DNA from: an uncultured Gammaproteobacteria bacterium
GTDB taxonomy: Bacteria; Patescibacteriota; Microgenomatia; CAYXHB01; CAZYTL01
Direction: 5' to 3'
Assembly: GCA_964650355.1 (NCBI GenBank)
Contig: CAZYTL010000004.1
Coordinates: forward strand, 67,912 to 131,911
Length of the DNA stretch: 64,000 bases
Shown here in pieces: positions 27,876-37,713 of the stretch. A program made the translations under genes and the position numbers. The number at the start of each line of letters is the position of its first letter. Position 1 is the first letter of the stretch. Under the pieces are notes generated by a model. That model was not told where the DNA came from and ran no database searches. It saw nothing but the letters and a program-made list of their open reading frames with translations.

Positions 27876-29627
27876 ATGCTCAAAACTTACAAAACCTTTT
27901 ACCACTTCCTGCTCAAGTACCGCTGGCAGTTTGTCCTGTTCAGCCTTGCCCTCGTGGCCTTAAGCATCTCCGTCAGCATTCAACCCTACTTCTACAAGCT
28001 CTTCGTTGACCAATTAACCCAAACCGAAGGCCCTCTCCTTGCCGACAACTATCAATCCCTGCTCAACATCCTTCTCCTCTACATCGGCGTCCGCCTCCTG
28101 CACGTCATCTTTGACCTCCTCACCTATTTCCTGGGCGACACCATTCTCATCGCCGCCTCTCGAGACGCTCGTTTGGCCGTGTTCCGCCAACTCCAGAACC
28201 TGGACTTTGCCTTCCATCTTTCCAAAAGCACCGGATCTTTAATCAGCGCCATCAAACGCGGCGACAATGCCTTCTTTAACCTCTTTCATCGCCTCAACAT
28301 CGAAATTCCCCGCATCATTATCAACTTCTTTGTCATTCTTATCTTCTTTTCTACCATCCGCTGGGAAATCACTGCTCTGATGATCCTTTCTTTCGCCGTC
28401 AACCTTTTCGCCGCCAAGTTCCTCATCACCTACAATATCCGCACCCGGGCCCAATTTAACCAAGCCGAAGACCATATCTCCGACCTCATAGTTGATAACC
28501 TCATCAACTACGAAACCGTCAAACTCTTTGCTAAAGAAAACTGGGAATTCAACCGTCTCAAAAAAGACTTTAAAGATTGGGTAACCAAATTCTGGGCCTT
28601 TGCCAACTCCTTCCGCCTCATCGACATTACCATTGGTACCCTTGGTAACCTGGGTCTTTTTCTCGTCCTTCTTTTCAGCCTCCAACTAACCCATCGCCGC
28701 CAGTTCACTCCCGGGGAATTTATCCTCGTACTGGGATTTGTCAGCTCCTTCTATCCCCGATTCTTCGAATTAATTTTCAAACTTCGGGACCTAGTCAAAA
28801 ACCTCACCGACGTAGAAAAATACTTCGACATCCTCGACCAGAAAACCTTAATCAAGGACCCAGCCCATCCCGTATCCAACACCTCAGTCGCTGGGGAAAT
28901 CGAATTCCGCAACGTCACCTTCACGTATCCTGAAGCGAAAAAACCCGCTCTCCAAAATTTCGACCTCAGAATCCGCCAAGGCCAGTCAATCGCCTTTGTC
29001 GGCTCCTCAGGAGTAGGTAAAACCACCGTGGTCAAACTTCTCATGCGCTTCTTTGACGTTGACCGGGGAGAAATCTTAATCGACGGCATCAATATTAAAC
29101 ATTTCACTAAAAGCCAGCTCCGTTCCTTCATGGGCATCGTGCCCCAGGAACCCATCCTCTTCAACAACACCATCGGCTTCAACATCGCCTATGGAGCCAG
29201 CCGACCATCCCGTAAACAAATCATGGCCGCCATCAAAATGGCCAACCTGGATCAATTCATCTGGTCCCTACCTCAAAAACTCCGCACTCAAGTCGGCGAA
29301 CGCGGCATCAAACTTTCCGGCGGCCAAAAACAGCGTCTGGCCATTGCCCGGATGATCCTGGCCAACCCCGACATCATCATCTTTGACGAGGCCACTTCCC
29401 AGCTCGATTCCCATTCCGAAAAAATTATCCAGGACGCTTTTTGGAAAGCCGCCCAAAACAAAACCACCATCATCATCGCCCACCGTCTGTCTACCATTAC
29501 CCGCGCTGATCAAATCGTGGTCATGAAACACGGACGGGTTGTGGAAAAAGGCTCTCACCAAGACCTCATCCACCGCCAAAAATCCCTCTATAAAAAATTC
29601 TGGCGCCTCCAAACCCAAAAAACTTAA
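27876..29627 (+). CDS. ABC transporter, fused permease/ATP-binding (type I exporter, MsbA-like)
   Basis: Six N-terminal TM helices; Walker A GSSGVGKTT; signature LSGGQKQRLAIAR; Walker B IIIFDEATS. Confidence 0.9.
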   Translation: MLKTYKTFYHFLLKYRWQFVLFSLALVALSISVSIQPYFYKLFVDQLTQTEGPLLADNYQSLLNILLLYIGVRLLHVIFDLLTYFLGDTILIAASRDARLAVFRQLQNLDFAFHLSKSTGSLISAIKRGDNAFFNLFHRLNIEIPRIIINFFVILIFFSTIRWEITALMILSFAVNLFAAKFLITYNIRTRAQFNQAEDHISDLIVDNLINYETVKLFAKENWEFNRLKKDFKDWVTKFWAFANSFRLIDITIGTLGNLGLFLVLLFSLQLTHRRQFTPGEFILVLGFVSSFYPRFFELIFKLRDLVKNLTDVEKYFDILDQKTLIKDPAHPVSNTSVAGEIEFRNVTFTYPEAKKPALQNFDLRIRQGQSIAFVGSSGVGKTTVVKLLMRFFDVDRGEILIDGINIKHFTKSQLRSFMGIVPQEPILFNNTIGFNIAYGASRPSRKQIMAAIKMANLDQFIWSLPQKLRTQVGERGIKLSGGQKQRLAIARMILANPDIIIFDEATSQLDSHSEKIIQDAFWKAAQNKTTIIIAHRLSTITRADQIVVMKHGRVVEKGSHQDLIHRQKSLYKKFWRLQTQKT

Positions 29628-29644
29628 CCGATACCTTCCTTTAT

Positions 29645-32600
29645 CTACAAACCGTTATACTGGGTCGCCCCGTCACCGTTCACTTGGCTACCCGACTGAG
29701 CAGCAATCACCATCAACGGTACTCCATTGGTTGATTCCACCACCACTGACCCTGCCCAACCATCCGGAATATCTAATCCATCCGGTTGCTTATCCGTAGT
29801 GCTTCCCAACCATCTACTCAGTGACCGATATTGAGGTAAAGCATCGCCGCTAGAGTTAGAATAACTCACCGTCTTCATCGGACTCGCCTGTCCCGAAGAG
29901 TAATACTTTACCAACAGATTAGCTGCTGCCCCACTCCCCACATTCATGATCTGAAAACTCGACAAATACTGTCCCCCGCCCACATTCTTATTCACCGACG
30001 GTAGGAACAGTTTAGTATTTCCCGCGCCCTCTCCGTTATACGAAGACGCTCCTAAACCCCCTGCATAGTTAGCCTGATTTACAATTAAAATTACCTTTTT
30101 GTTTGCAGTCACCACCAATGACCCAAACCAGGAACTACCTAAGTCTGTATCCGGTCCTCCGTCTCCTTGGAAACGACTCACACTTTGATATTGGTTAAAA
30201 GGTGGTCCGTTTGTCCCGTCATATCTAACCGTCTTCACCAAACCGTTGTCTCCGTAATACCTAATAGTCACATTAGTTGTCCCTGCATCCACTGCCATCA
30301 CCTGATAACTGGTCGTCCATCTTCCGCTCCCCACATACCGCAAAATACTTGGAGCATAAACGATTGAAGATCCATCCTTTACCCCGTTATATGAAGTCAA
30401 CCTTCCTTCGCTATTATAACCATTTACCACTACTGCTATTTGATCTGTTCCGCTACCCGTACTCACCATTGCTCCGCCAAAAAATCCGTCAGGCAGTTGG
30501 CTATTATTAATCTGCTTCAAACTCACCACTCCATGACCCGCAATCGCTCTCGTCTCACTCGCTCCGGTTAATTCCCCTCCGTTGCTCCCTTGATAATACC
30601 TCACTGTCACATTAACTGTCGTTGATTTGGTATTCTGAATTATCATCTCGCTGCTGTATTGCCCTCCGCCAAACCGTTTTGTCACCGTCGGTAGATAAAA
30701 TCTATTTCCCAAATTGGCATTGTCCACTCCTGAGTACTGAGCAGCTCCGCTACCTCCACCGCTCCAGTTAAACACCTCGCCCACCACCGCCCCGATCGGC
30801 TGGCCGGCGTCCACCACCACGCTTCCCAGAAATCCATTCGGCAAATTAGCTACTGTTGGTTGATACACGCTCACTGACGAGCCTGCTGCTACATCAAAAG
30901 TGTGACTGGGTTGCCAAGCCACTTGATTCCCACTCTGTCCATAATATCGCGCGGTTACTTGCGTGCTCTGACTCCCTTGATTCTGCACCTGAAAACTTGT
31001 TGTCCCGTGATCAGCAGTAGCATTATTCAAAATATAGGGTAAATAAACCTTATAAGCGCCTGGAATCGGTGTAGGCTGTGGAGTCGGGGTCGGCGTTGGA
31101 GTCATTGTCGGTGTCGCAGTAGGGTTAGGATATTTCACATAAGTCACCCCATCCACTCCCACATAGTTATCATTCCCGTGAGCTTCAAAAGCCAGAAACA
31201 GCTTGCTCCCCCCATGATAGTCATTAATATTCACCGTCCGAAATACCCATCCGATAACGTCAGTACTAAAATTGATAGTCTTCAACGGCTCCCAGTGAGG
31301 CGGACTTTCTATGTAAATCTTCACCACTAAGCTCCCCGCCACATTTGTCACATTCTTGGACCAAAAACCTATCCCCCCCGGACCATACAGCGGCTCCGTA
31401 TGCACGATTGTTCCTGTATCTCCGCTAGTCTTACCCACCAGTATCACATAGGGATCATTCTCCCCCAAATGGCCATTAATCGTGCTCTTAGCACTAATTT
31501 GTGCATTCCAACATGTTGATAAGTCTTGTGTAAACTCACCGTTACATAACAACTGCGGAGCAGGTGTTGGCCCCCCAGTTGGCGTAGGCGTCGGTGTGTT
31601 AGTCGGTACCATCTCCAAACCACACATCTTTATATCCCCTGCTGTAGGCCATTGACTGTACTCAAAATATGATACCATCGGTTTTCCCGCCGAACTAACT
31701 CGGGGATCTTCAAAAGATTCATATGCAAATCCCCCGCTATTGTCAAACAACACCGGTTCCGTCCACGGACCGGTCGGACTGCCACCTCTGGCAATCTTAA
31801 TCCCCCCACCAGGTGAACTATTCGGCGAGTGATTATAAACCAACCACCAATAATCACCATACTTAAAAACGATTGAACTCTCAGGAATATCTTGTCCCGG
31901 TAGCACCAACTTCTGTCCATTCTCTTTATACATCGCCCCGTGGTCAACATAATTTCCTTGCAACAAAGACTGCACATCATTAAAAGTCACATATCCCACT
32001 ATGCCTCCGTCCGTATCTCTCCCCGTATAAAACAAATAACCCTGAGTTCCGTCATCTAACAAATAAGGATCCCGGCAATCCGACCATAAACCTCCGCCTG
32101 GGTAATCGGCTCCTGCATGCGTCGGTGTAAATACCACCGGCTTAACCTGCCAAGCGCTGGAATTAAAAGGATCAGCACTATTATTAATTGCCAATCGAAT
32201 TCTTTGTTCTCCAAGAAAAGTCGTTCCCCCTGAAATAATTCCGTTAACCTCTGTAAAAGCCATCAAATAGCTAATTTGACTCATAGGTTTGCTTTGCAGT
32301 TCAGCCACCTTTAGGAACCTTCCTGTTTGCAAATCATAAGGAGCCACATGCGGTACCCAAATATTAATAATATCCGTAGGATTAGGCTCTACCACCGGTG
32401 ACCCCGGAGGCGTATTCCCAGATAAGGTGTGTGATCCCAAAATCGTTCCCTTGTAAACCCAGCTGCTCAAATTATCAGATGACCCCGTTCCAAACCTGTC
32501 TTCGCATCCGGCTGACCCTCTCTGACAACTCGCTGTTGTCCGGTAAATGCTGATTACTGCTTCATGCAACCCGGATGAATTCTTGTAAGTAAAAGTGGTA

Positions 32601-32953
32601 TGGTCTTTAGGCAAAAACGGAGGTGAAAACCAACCCAATCCCGTACACTTCCTGACCGGATAACCCTCTATTAGTTGGACTCCAATCCCTCCAGAAGTCG
32701 GCCACATACATCTCAACCAATCAAGTAGATTAACTTTCCCGTCTGCATTTTGCTCGTCTGTATTGGGCAAACCATACACACCCAATATTGATCCACAAGT
32801 CACAGCTTCTTGAGCCATTACCACTTTCCATCCACCCCACAATACGGCCACCATCATCAACCCCAGCACCCACCATCTTCTCATTATATTTACTCTATCA
32901 GTATCCAAAATCATCGCACAAGTGGAAATTAAATTGCTCGGCATCTGCAACAC
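29645..32953 (-). CDS. Large secreted multidomain protein: beta-propeller glycosidase-like N-terminal region, PT-rich linkers, five tandem ~95-aa beta-rich repeats
   Basis: N-terminal TM/signal (likely true start MRRWWVLGLMMVAV); RDPYLLDDGTQGYLFYTG resembles GH43/GH32 propeller blades; linkers TPTPTPTGGPTPAPQ and TPTMTPTPTPTPQPTPIP; repeated units with a conserved LFLPxV...GGGQYSS...IxN...VxVxYY pattern. Confidence 0.75.
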   Translation of the reverse strand: MLQMPSNLISTCAMILDTDRVNIMRRWWVLGLMMVAVLWGGWKVVMAQEAVTCGSILGVYGLPNTDEQNADGKVNLLDWLRCMWPTSGGIGVQLIEGYPVRKCTGLGWFSPPFLPKDHTTFTYKNSSGLHEAVISIYRTTASCQRGSAGCEDRFGTGSSDNLSSWVYKGTILGSHTLSGNTPPGSPVVEPNPTDIINIWVPHVAPYDLQTGRFLKVAELQSKPMSQISYLMAFTEVNGIISGGTTFLGEQRIRLAINNSADPFNSSAWQVKPVVFTPTHAGADYPGGGLWSDCRDPYLLDDGTQGYLFYTGRDTDGGIVGYVTFNDVQSLLQGNYVDHGAMYKENGQKLVLPGQDIPESSIVFKYGDYWWLVYNHSPNSSPGGGIKIARGGSPTGPWTEPVLFDNSGGFAYESFEDPRVSSAGKPMVSYFEYSQWPTAGDIKMCGLEMVPTNTPTPTPTGGPTPAPQLLCNGEFTQDLSTCWNAQISAKSTINGHLGENDPYVILVGKTSGDTGTIVHTEPLYGPGGIGFWSKNVTNVAGSLVVKIYIESPPHWEPLKTINFSTDVIGWVFRTVNINDYHGGSKLFLAFEAHGNDNYVGVDGVTYVKYPNPTATPTMTPTPTPTPQPTPIPGAYKVYLPYILNNATADHGTTSFQVQNQGSQSTQVTARYYGQSGNQVAWQPSHTFDVAAGSSVSVYQPTVANLPNGFLGSVVVDAGQPIGAVVGEVFNWSGGGSGAAQYSGVDNANLGNRFYLPTVTKRFGGGQYSSEMIIQNTKSTTVNVTVRYYQGSNGGELTGASETRAIAGHGVVSLKQINNSQLPDGFFGGAMVSTGSGTDQIAVVVNGYNSEGRLTSYNGVKDGSSIVYAPSILRYVGSGRWTTSYQVMAVDAGTTNVTIRYYGDNGLVKTVRYDGTNGPPFNQYQSVSRFQGDGGPDTDLGSSWFGSLVVTANKKVILIVNQANYAGGLGASSYNGEGAGNTKLFLPSVNKNVGGGQYLSSFQIMNVGSGAAANLLVKYYSSGQASPMKTVSYSNSSGDALPQYRSLSRWLGSTTDKQPDGLDIPDGWAGSVVVESTNGVPLMVIAAQSGSQVNGDGATQYNGL

Positions 32954-33014
32954 TTTCTCATCGTTTTAAAACAGACTATTCCTTTCCCCCTCCCCGTATG
33001 CTATCATTCCCCTA

Positions 33015-33659
33015 ATGAAAAAGTTTCTCCTCCCCGCCCTCTTCAGTCTTCTCCTCTCCGGTTGTACCCTTAACCAAGCCGCCCAGACAACTCCTCCCTC
33101 TACCACTCAACCCAACACCCAATCAGACCAATCAATGGCCAATAACATTACTGGTTCACTTGAAGATCTTATCAACCAATCTAAATCCCTCAAATGCACC
33201 TGGCAATACACTGATCCTCAAAACCAAAGCCAGGGACAGGGAGAAATCTTCGTCTCAGGCAAAAAATTTAGCGGCTCTACTACCATCCAAGTCCCCGGCC
33301 AAAACCCTATTACTTCCGAAATGATCAGCGACGGTCAATGGCTATACCAATGGGGCGGTCCTCTGGCTCAGGGAGTCAAAATGAACATCAGTGAACTTCA
33401 AGACATGGGTTCTGACCAAACCAACGATCAGGCCCAGTCCGCTTACAAAACTCTTAACCAGCAGTATCAATATCACTGCCAAGCCTGGACTCCCGACCAA
33501 TCTAAATTCCAACTCCCCTCAGGGGTTAAGTTTACCGATTTGACTCAGCTAATGCAAAATGCTGTCGAAAATTCCCAAGATATGCAACAAAACGCCTGCG
33601 CCATGTGCGACCTCCTTCCTGCTGACGCCAAAACCGAGTGCCTCAAATCCTGCCAATAA
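33015..33659 (+). CDS. Lipoprotein, Q/N/S-rich, C-terminal Cys pairs
   Basis: MKKFLLPALFSLLLSGCT gives a lipobox LSGC; the C-terminus carries CAMC...CLKSC. Confidence 0.6.
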   Translation: MKKFLLPALFSLLLSGCTLNQAAQTTPPSTTQPNTQSDQSMANNITGSLEDLINQSKSLKCTWQYTDPQNQSQGQGEIFVSGKKFSGSTTIQVPGQNPITSEMISDGQWLYQWGGPLAQGVKMNISELQDMGSDQTNDQAQSAYKTLNQQYQYHCQAWTPDQSKFQLPSGVKFTDLTQLMQNAVENSQDMQQNACAMCDLLPADAKTECLKSCQ

Positions 33660-33763
33660 ACTCCTCTCTATCTTCTTCATTTGTCTTCTTTTCACAAAGG
33701 TGTTAGTCTGAAATTAAGAGCGATATTCGAGGATCTCTTATTATTAAAAATAATTAAGGTACT

Positions 33764-33772
33764 AGGAAAGGA
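33764..33772 (+). promoter_or_regulatory. Shine-Dalgarno AAGGAGGTG for the ORF at 33782
   Basis: Read directly; 9-nt spacing to the ATG. Confidence 0.7.
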
Positions 33773-33781
33773 GGTGAACAC

Positions 33782-34420
33782 ATGGCCAAAACCAAAACTC
33801 CCAACCACTTACACGTTTCCATCTTATTTCTGGCGGCAATCGCTTTAGTCGCCGTTATTTTTGCCTATTCGACCAGCATGTCCCTGGCTGGACCTCAATT
33901 CGGATGGTCTCAACAAGTAGGACCTAAAGAATGTGACCAGACAGGCGCCCCTGTCATCAACGTCACTCAAAAAATCGTCCACACCGTTGATTCCGGAGAA
34001 GCTGGCAATAACTGGGCTTATGATGATCTCAATCGCCAAATACAAGTCTGGCAACAATCGGACAACACCTACTGTGCTTTAATCGACAATCAAGGTAAAT
34101 TCGATTCCCAACCAGGTCAAGCCAGCCCAGGCAACACGGGCACCTTAACCGGCAAAGAAGATGGTACGTTTAAGGGTGGATACCGAGCCGTAATCGTTGG
34201 CAGTCTCAAAGCTAGCCCAGCTTACAAAACTCACGGCTCCATCGGCACTTTTGATTTCCAGTGCGACCTTTCAGGTAACTGTCCGGGTTACGTCAACTGG
34301 GTTGATAGCTACTTCAGCCCAGGTTACCAATTCAGCTATCAGTGGTGGGGTTGGCAATACCAGTACAAAAACAAAGTCTGGACCAACTCTTCCGACGGCA
34401 ACACTGGCGACATCCTCTAA
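33782..34420 (+). CDS. Membrane-anchored or secreted hypothetical protein
   Basis: Strong RBS; N-terminal TM helix; Gly/Trp/Tyr-rich C-terminus. Confidence 0.65.
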   Translation: MAKTKTPNHLHVSILFLAAIALVAVIFAYSTSMSLAGPQFGWSQQVGPKECDQTGAPVINVTQKIVHTVDSGEAGNNWAYDDLNRQIQVWQQSDNTYCALIDNQGKFDSQPGQASPGNTGTLTGKEDGTFKGGYRAVIVGSLKASPAYKTHGSIGTFDFQCDLSGNCPGYVNWVDSYFSPGYQFSYQWWGWQYQYKNKVWTNSSDGNTGDIL

Positions 34421-34591
34421 TCCTGAAACCTGACATTGTTATTTCGGAATTAAGAGTCTTAGCTGCATGAACCCCAATTTATTTCTTGGGAAGATGTAGC
34501 TATTCTTTGGCTTCCAACTTTCAACCGAACACCCCGCCGGAGCTTACCCATATTCTTTCCACCACTGACCGATTCCACCCAACAAATCCTT

Positions 34592-35308
34592 TCAATCTTC
34601 TTCTAACTCCATCCCTGAACCTGCCACTCTATGCGCTACCAACTTTACCCCTACTCCCACAGTCTTGAAATACGCATCCCGAACCGGAGGTAAAAACGTC
34701 AACCCAATCAACCTTCCTCCCTTTTCTGGCCTTAACAGTTCCATCGGGATCTCCAAATCTGCAATTCTTAAAAACGGCTCGGCAAAACCTTCGCAACTTA
34801 TTCCCTCCTTTTGCCATTCATTAAGCGCGTCTGACATAATCCTTTCAATCTCCGGATAATGTCTTCTCGGATCAACCGCTTTTTTCTTCTCGCCTAAAAC
34901 ATGCAATAACTTCTTTACCCGCTCACCCATCTTCAACGGCCGATTCATCTCTCGCTTCATTTCATCAGATACTGCCTCCTCACTATACTTCCACTCTTCA
35001 AATACCAGTCTCCTGTCACCGGCTGACACAGAATTCACCGCCCGGTTCCAACCTTCGCGGAAAGCAGCTCTTACTTCATCACCCTCCGCTCCATAAAAGT
35101 CCCCTGCCTTCATCAGAGTTACCAATGTGGCCGCATCATAACCCAACGACCAAGCACCGAAGCCTTCCCTCGATTGCCAACCCAATAAAACATTCCCGGT
35201 TTCCTGGGCCAATTCTTTCAACAAAAACCCTTTCTTTTCCTCATCCCATCTCTCACCACCTATCCCCTCAACGGTTTCTAGAGGAACAATCTCCGTTTCT
35301 TCTGCCAT
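34592..35308 (-). CDS. Hypothetical protein, 238 aa
   Basis: Long ORF; no motif. Confidence 0.5.
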   Translation of the reverse strand: MAEETEIVPLETVEGIGGERWDEEKKGFLLKELAQETGNVLLGWQSREGFGAWSLGYDAATLVTLMKAGDFYGAEGDEVRAAFREGWNRAVNSVSAGDRRLVFEEWKYSEEAVSDEMKREMNRPLKMGERVKKLLHVLGEKKKAVDPRRHYPEIERIMSDALNEWQKEGISCEGFAEPFLRIADLEIPMELLRPEKGGRLIGLTFLPPVRDAYFKTVGVGVKLVAHRVAGSGMELEED

Positions 35309-35370
35309 TATCTCATTTTACCCCAACGCTACCGGATCCGTCATCATCTCTAATCCTCCACCTCTTCATC

Positions 35371-35559
35371 CTACCCCGCATCCCAATCCGGCCGAGTAAT
35401 CGCCACATACTCCAAACCTTGGGTTTCAATATGATGCTTCACCTTCGGCTCCACAATCACCAAATCCTTCCCTTTAACCTTATATGCCTGATCACCTATA
35501 CACAAAAGCGCATCACCTAAGTAACAATTTACAAGTACCCTATAATAATATATACTCAT
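35371..35559 (-). pseudogene. Displaced 3' fragment of a cupin gene, paralogous to the C-terminal half of 36124..36462
   Basis: KVKGKDLVIVEPKVKHHIETQGLEYVAITRPDW closely matches EVKAKDLVIVEPKVKHHIETRGLEYVAVTRPDW of the intact cupin. Nucleotide identity is about 85% over roughly 150 bp (35345..35495 against 36125..36275). Confidence 0.6.
35528..35556 (+). promoter_or_regulatory. Putative sigma70-type promoter TTTACA-N17-TATACT, with the ATG 6 nt downstream (possible leaderless transcript)
   Basis: Read directly upstream of 35563. Confidence 0.4.
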
Positions 35560-35562
35560 AAT

Positions 35563-36120
35563 ATGAGTGGATATATGGACTGGTATTTTGACGATCGTGA
35601 AACTAAAGTCTATACAGTACGAGAATACTGGCGATATCTGTGTCTTGCTAATTCAACAATCGACGCTTTAAAAGCTACCGGCAACCAATTATCCCCACGC
35701 GAGGAACTAGACATCAGATTCTACCGCGCTCAGCAACTCGAGGAAAAGGGCATCCAAAACTGGGATCATCATAACGACCACAGTTTTATCACCTCTGCGG
35801 TGTCTTCATATGGACTAAAAGTTGAAAGGCATACTGCCACAGATTATCAAGAATTAGTCCGCAACACTAATGCTGACCAAAGATTTATTCTCTATCTTAC
35901 TCGAAGCGTTCGTCCCAAAAACTTCAGACACCCGCACACTATACATTTGGCTCGAGAAGTTACTTCTTCTTTCCGCAGCGGAGTCTTAGGGAATGATGGT
36001 AGAATATACTCAGAACCCAGAATCAACTTGGCATTAGAAACAAACCTAGACCACTTTAGGCAGTTTGGCATGGACTTCAATATCTGGCGCATCTTTCGGC
36101 CAGGTTCCTCCCCTACCTAG
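35563..36120 (+). CDS. Hypothetical protein, 185 aa, single gene of an inserted cassette flanked by cupin 3'-end direct repeats
   Basis: ORF bounded precisely by the two cupin-homologous segments; own promoter-like sequence. Confidence 0.55.
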   Translation: MSGYMDWYFDDRETKVYTVREYWRYLCLANSTIDALKATGNQLSPREELDIRFYRAQQLEEKGIQNWDHHNDHSFITSAVSSYGLKVERHTATDYQELVRNTNADQRFILYLTRSVRPKNFRHPHTIHLAREVTSSFRSGVLGNDGRIYSEPRINLALETNLDHFRQFGMDFNIWRIFRPGSSPT

Positions 36121-36123
36121 CAA

Positions 36124-36462
36124 TTAGTCCACCTCTTCATACTGCTCCGCGTACCAATCCGGACGAGTAACCGCCACATACTCCAAACCTCTAGTCTCAA
36201 TATGGTGTTTTACCTTCGGCTCCACGATTACCAAATCCTTTGCTTTTACTTCATAAACTTCGTCCCCCACATAAAAAGTCCCCGAACCTTTGACAATAAA
36301 GAACATCTCATGGCAAACCCGATTCAAACACCGCCCCTTCTCCGGCACCCTAGACTTCACCCGCTGATAAGAAATCCCCACTTTATCATCCGGCATCGGA
36401 TAATCCCACACCACCCAATCCTTTACAGGAAACTTTGTCGTGTCTGAAAATTTAATAAGCAT
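36124..36462 (-). CDS. Cupin-domain protein, 112 aa
   Basis: Small beta-barrel cupin-like sequence with a His-containing motif VKHHIE. Confidence 0.65.
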   Translation of the reverse strand: MLIKFSDTTKFPVKDWVVWDYPMPDDKVGISYQRVKSRVPEKGRCLNRVCHEMFFIVKGSGTFYVGDEVYEVKAKDLVIVEPKVKHHIETRGLEYVAVTRPDWYAEQYEEVD

Positions 36463-36513
36463 AATCTAAGCAAAAAATTTCAATCACTTTAAATTTTTTT
36501 TAAATCAAACCCG

Positions 36514-37065
36514 CTAATCAGAATTTCTTAAATCGCTTTTAACATGGTCAGGTAAATTATCAAATGAAAACATCCCTTGTTCACAATATCTCTTAAGTCT
36601 TTCATTCAACTCTAATTTATCAAACATTTGGTTTGTAACAGGCAGAATCGAAGCCTCACAAATTTTAGGACACACGATTCTAACAAACTTTAACAACTTA
36701 TTAAGCTTTATATCTACAATACTCCAATGAAGATGTTTATGAGAAAAACCCACTAAGTCATCATCAATTTGTTTCAATTTGAAGTTTTTTCCCAACTCTT
36801 GGGGTTCCAACAGCACATACCCTTTGGATTTTATCCCATCTTTAGTTATTGCCATTCTGGTAACAACCAGATCAATTTGACTTTCATTTGTTACTCTCCA
36901 TAGAGATAATTCACCATTCACGACCTTAAAATCTTTAAATTCTTCATCATCAAGCACGTCCCCGGGCAAATTATCAGGCTTGTATGTTCTGATCTTCCCA
37001 ATATTAACTTTCTCTGGAATCTTTCCCCACTTTTTTGGATTAAACGTCCTCAAATACCATACCAT
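36514..37065 (-). CDS. Hypothetical protein, 183 aa (third gene of the AT-rich operon)
   Basis: Tight spacing with upstream genes; AT-rich codon usage distinct from neighbours. Confidence 0.55.
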   Translation of the reverse strand: MVWYLRTFNPKKWGKIPEKVNIGKIRTYKPDNLPGDVLDDEEFKDFKVVNGELSLWRVTNESQIDLVVTRMAITKDGIKSKGYVLLEPQELGKNFKLKQIDDDLVGFSHKHLHWSIVDIKLNKLLKFVRIVCPKICEASILPVTNQMFDKLELNERLKRYCEQGMFSFDNLPDHVKSDLRNSD

Positions 37066-37076
37066 GCTTGTTAAAC

Positions 37077-37709
37077 TTAAGTTTCTGCCCTACTTAATCG
37101 AGTTAATAGTTTGTGAATCATTCCTTTTAGCAATGGGTTACTCTCTTCTCCTTCTCTCTCCCTTAACTCGTCAATCAAAGCTTGTGCATCCATTTTTGAA
37201 ATGTACATCACGACACCATACCTCAAATCATAGAAACTACTTCTCAACACTCTTTTAAGTAAGGATCTTCTTTCCAGATCATCGGTATATTTGGTTAACT
37301 TAGCAATTATGGAAATTAATTCGCCTAAAAACTCTTGCCTACTTTCATCTTCCACGTCCACCTTAGCTATTTCGCTCTCAATATAATTTAGTATTTCTCC
37401 CGAATTCAATCTAACTAAATCGTACAATTTATCGTATGTTTTGCTAACAAATGCTTCATTCTGGCCTGCATTAGAAGAAACCAAAAACTCCTTATAAACC
37501 TCTTCTAGCTTTTCTGGCATTGTTTCCTCATACAGAGGTTGATATTCATCAGAGGTACTTGAATTTTCTACAACAACAGCGACACCAGGCCTTCCTATTT
37601 GTGTCGTTGTGCCCATTAATCTATTTATCTCAAACAACTGATTAAGGTCATATTTTGGTTTATCAAAGGGATCTGTCCGGCTAGTTCGTGTTAAGTTATT
37701 ATCAGGCAT
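37077..37709 (-). CDS. Hypothetical protein, 210 aa (second gene of the AT-rich operon)
   Basis: Same as above; 11-nt gap to the next gene. Confidence 0.55.
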   Translation of the reverse strand: MPDNNLTRTSRTDPFDKPKYDLNQLFEINRLMGTTTQIGRPGVAVVVENSSTSDEYQPLYEETMPEKLEEVYKEFLVSSNAGQNEAFVSKTYDKLYDLVRLNSGEILNYIESEIAKVDVEDESRQEFLGELISIIAKLTKYTDDLERRSLLKRVLRSSFYDLRYGVVMYISKMDAQALIDELREREGEESNPLLKGMIHKLLTRLSRAET

Positions 37710-37713
37710 ATTT

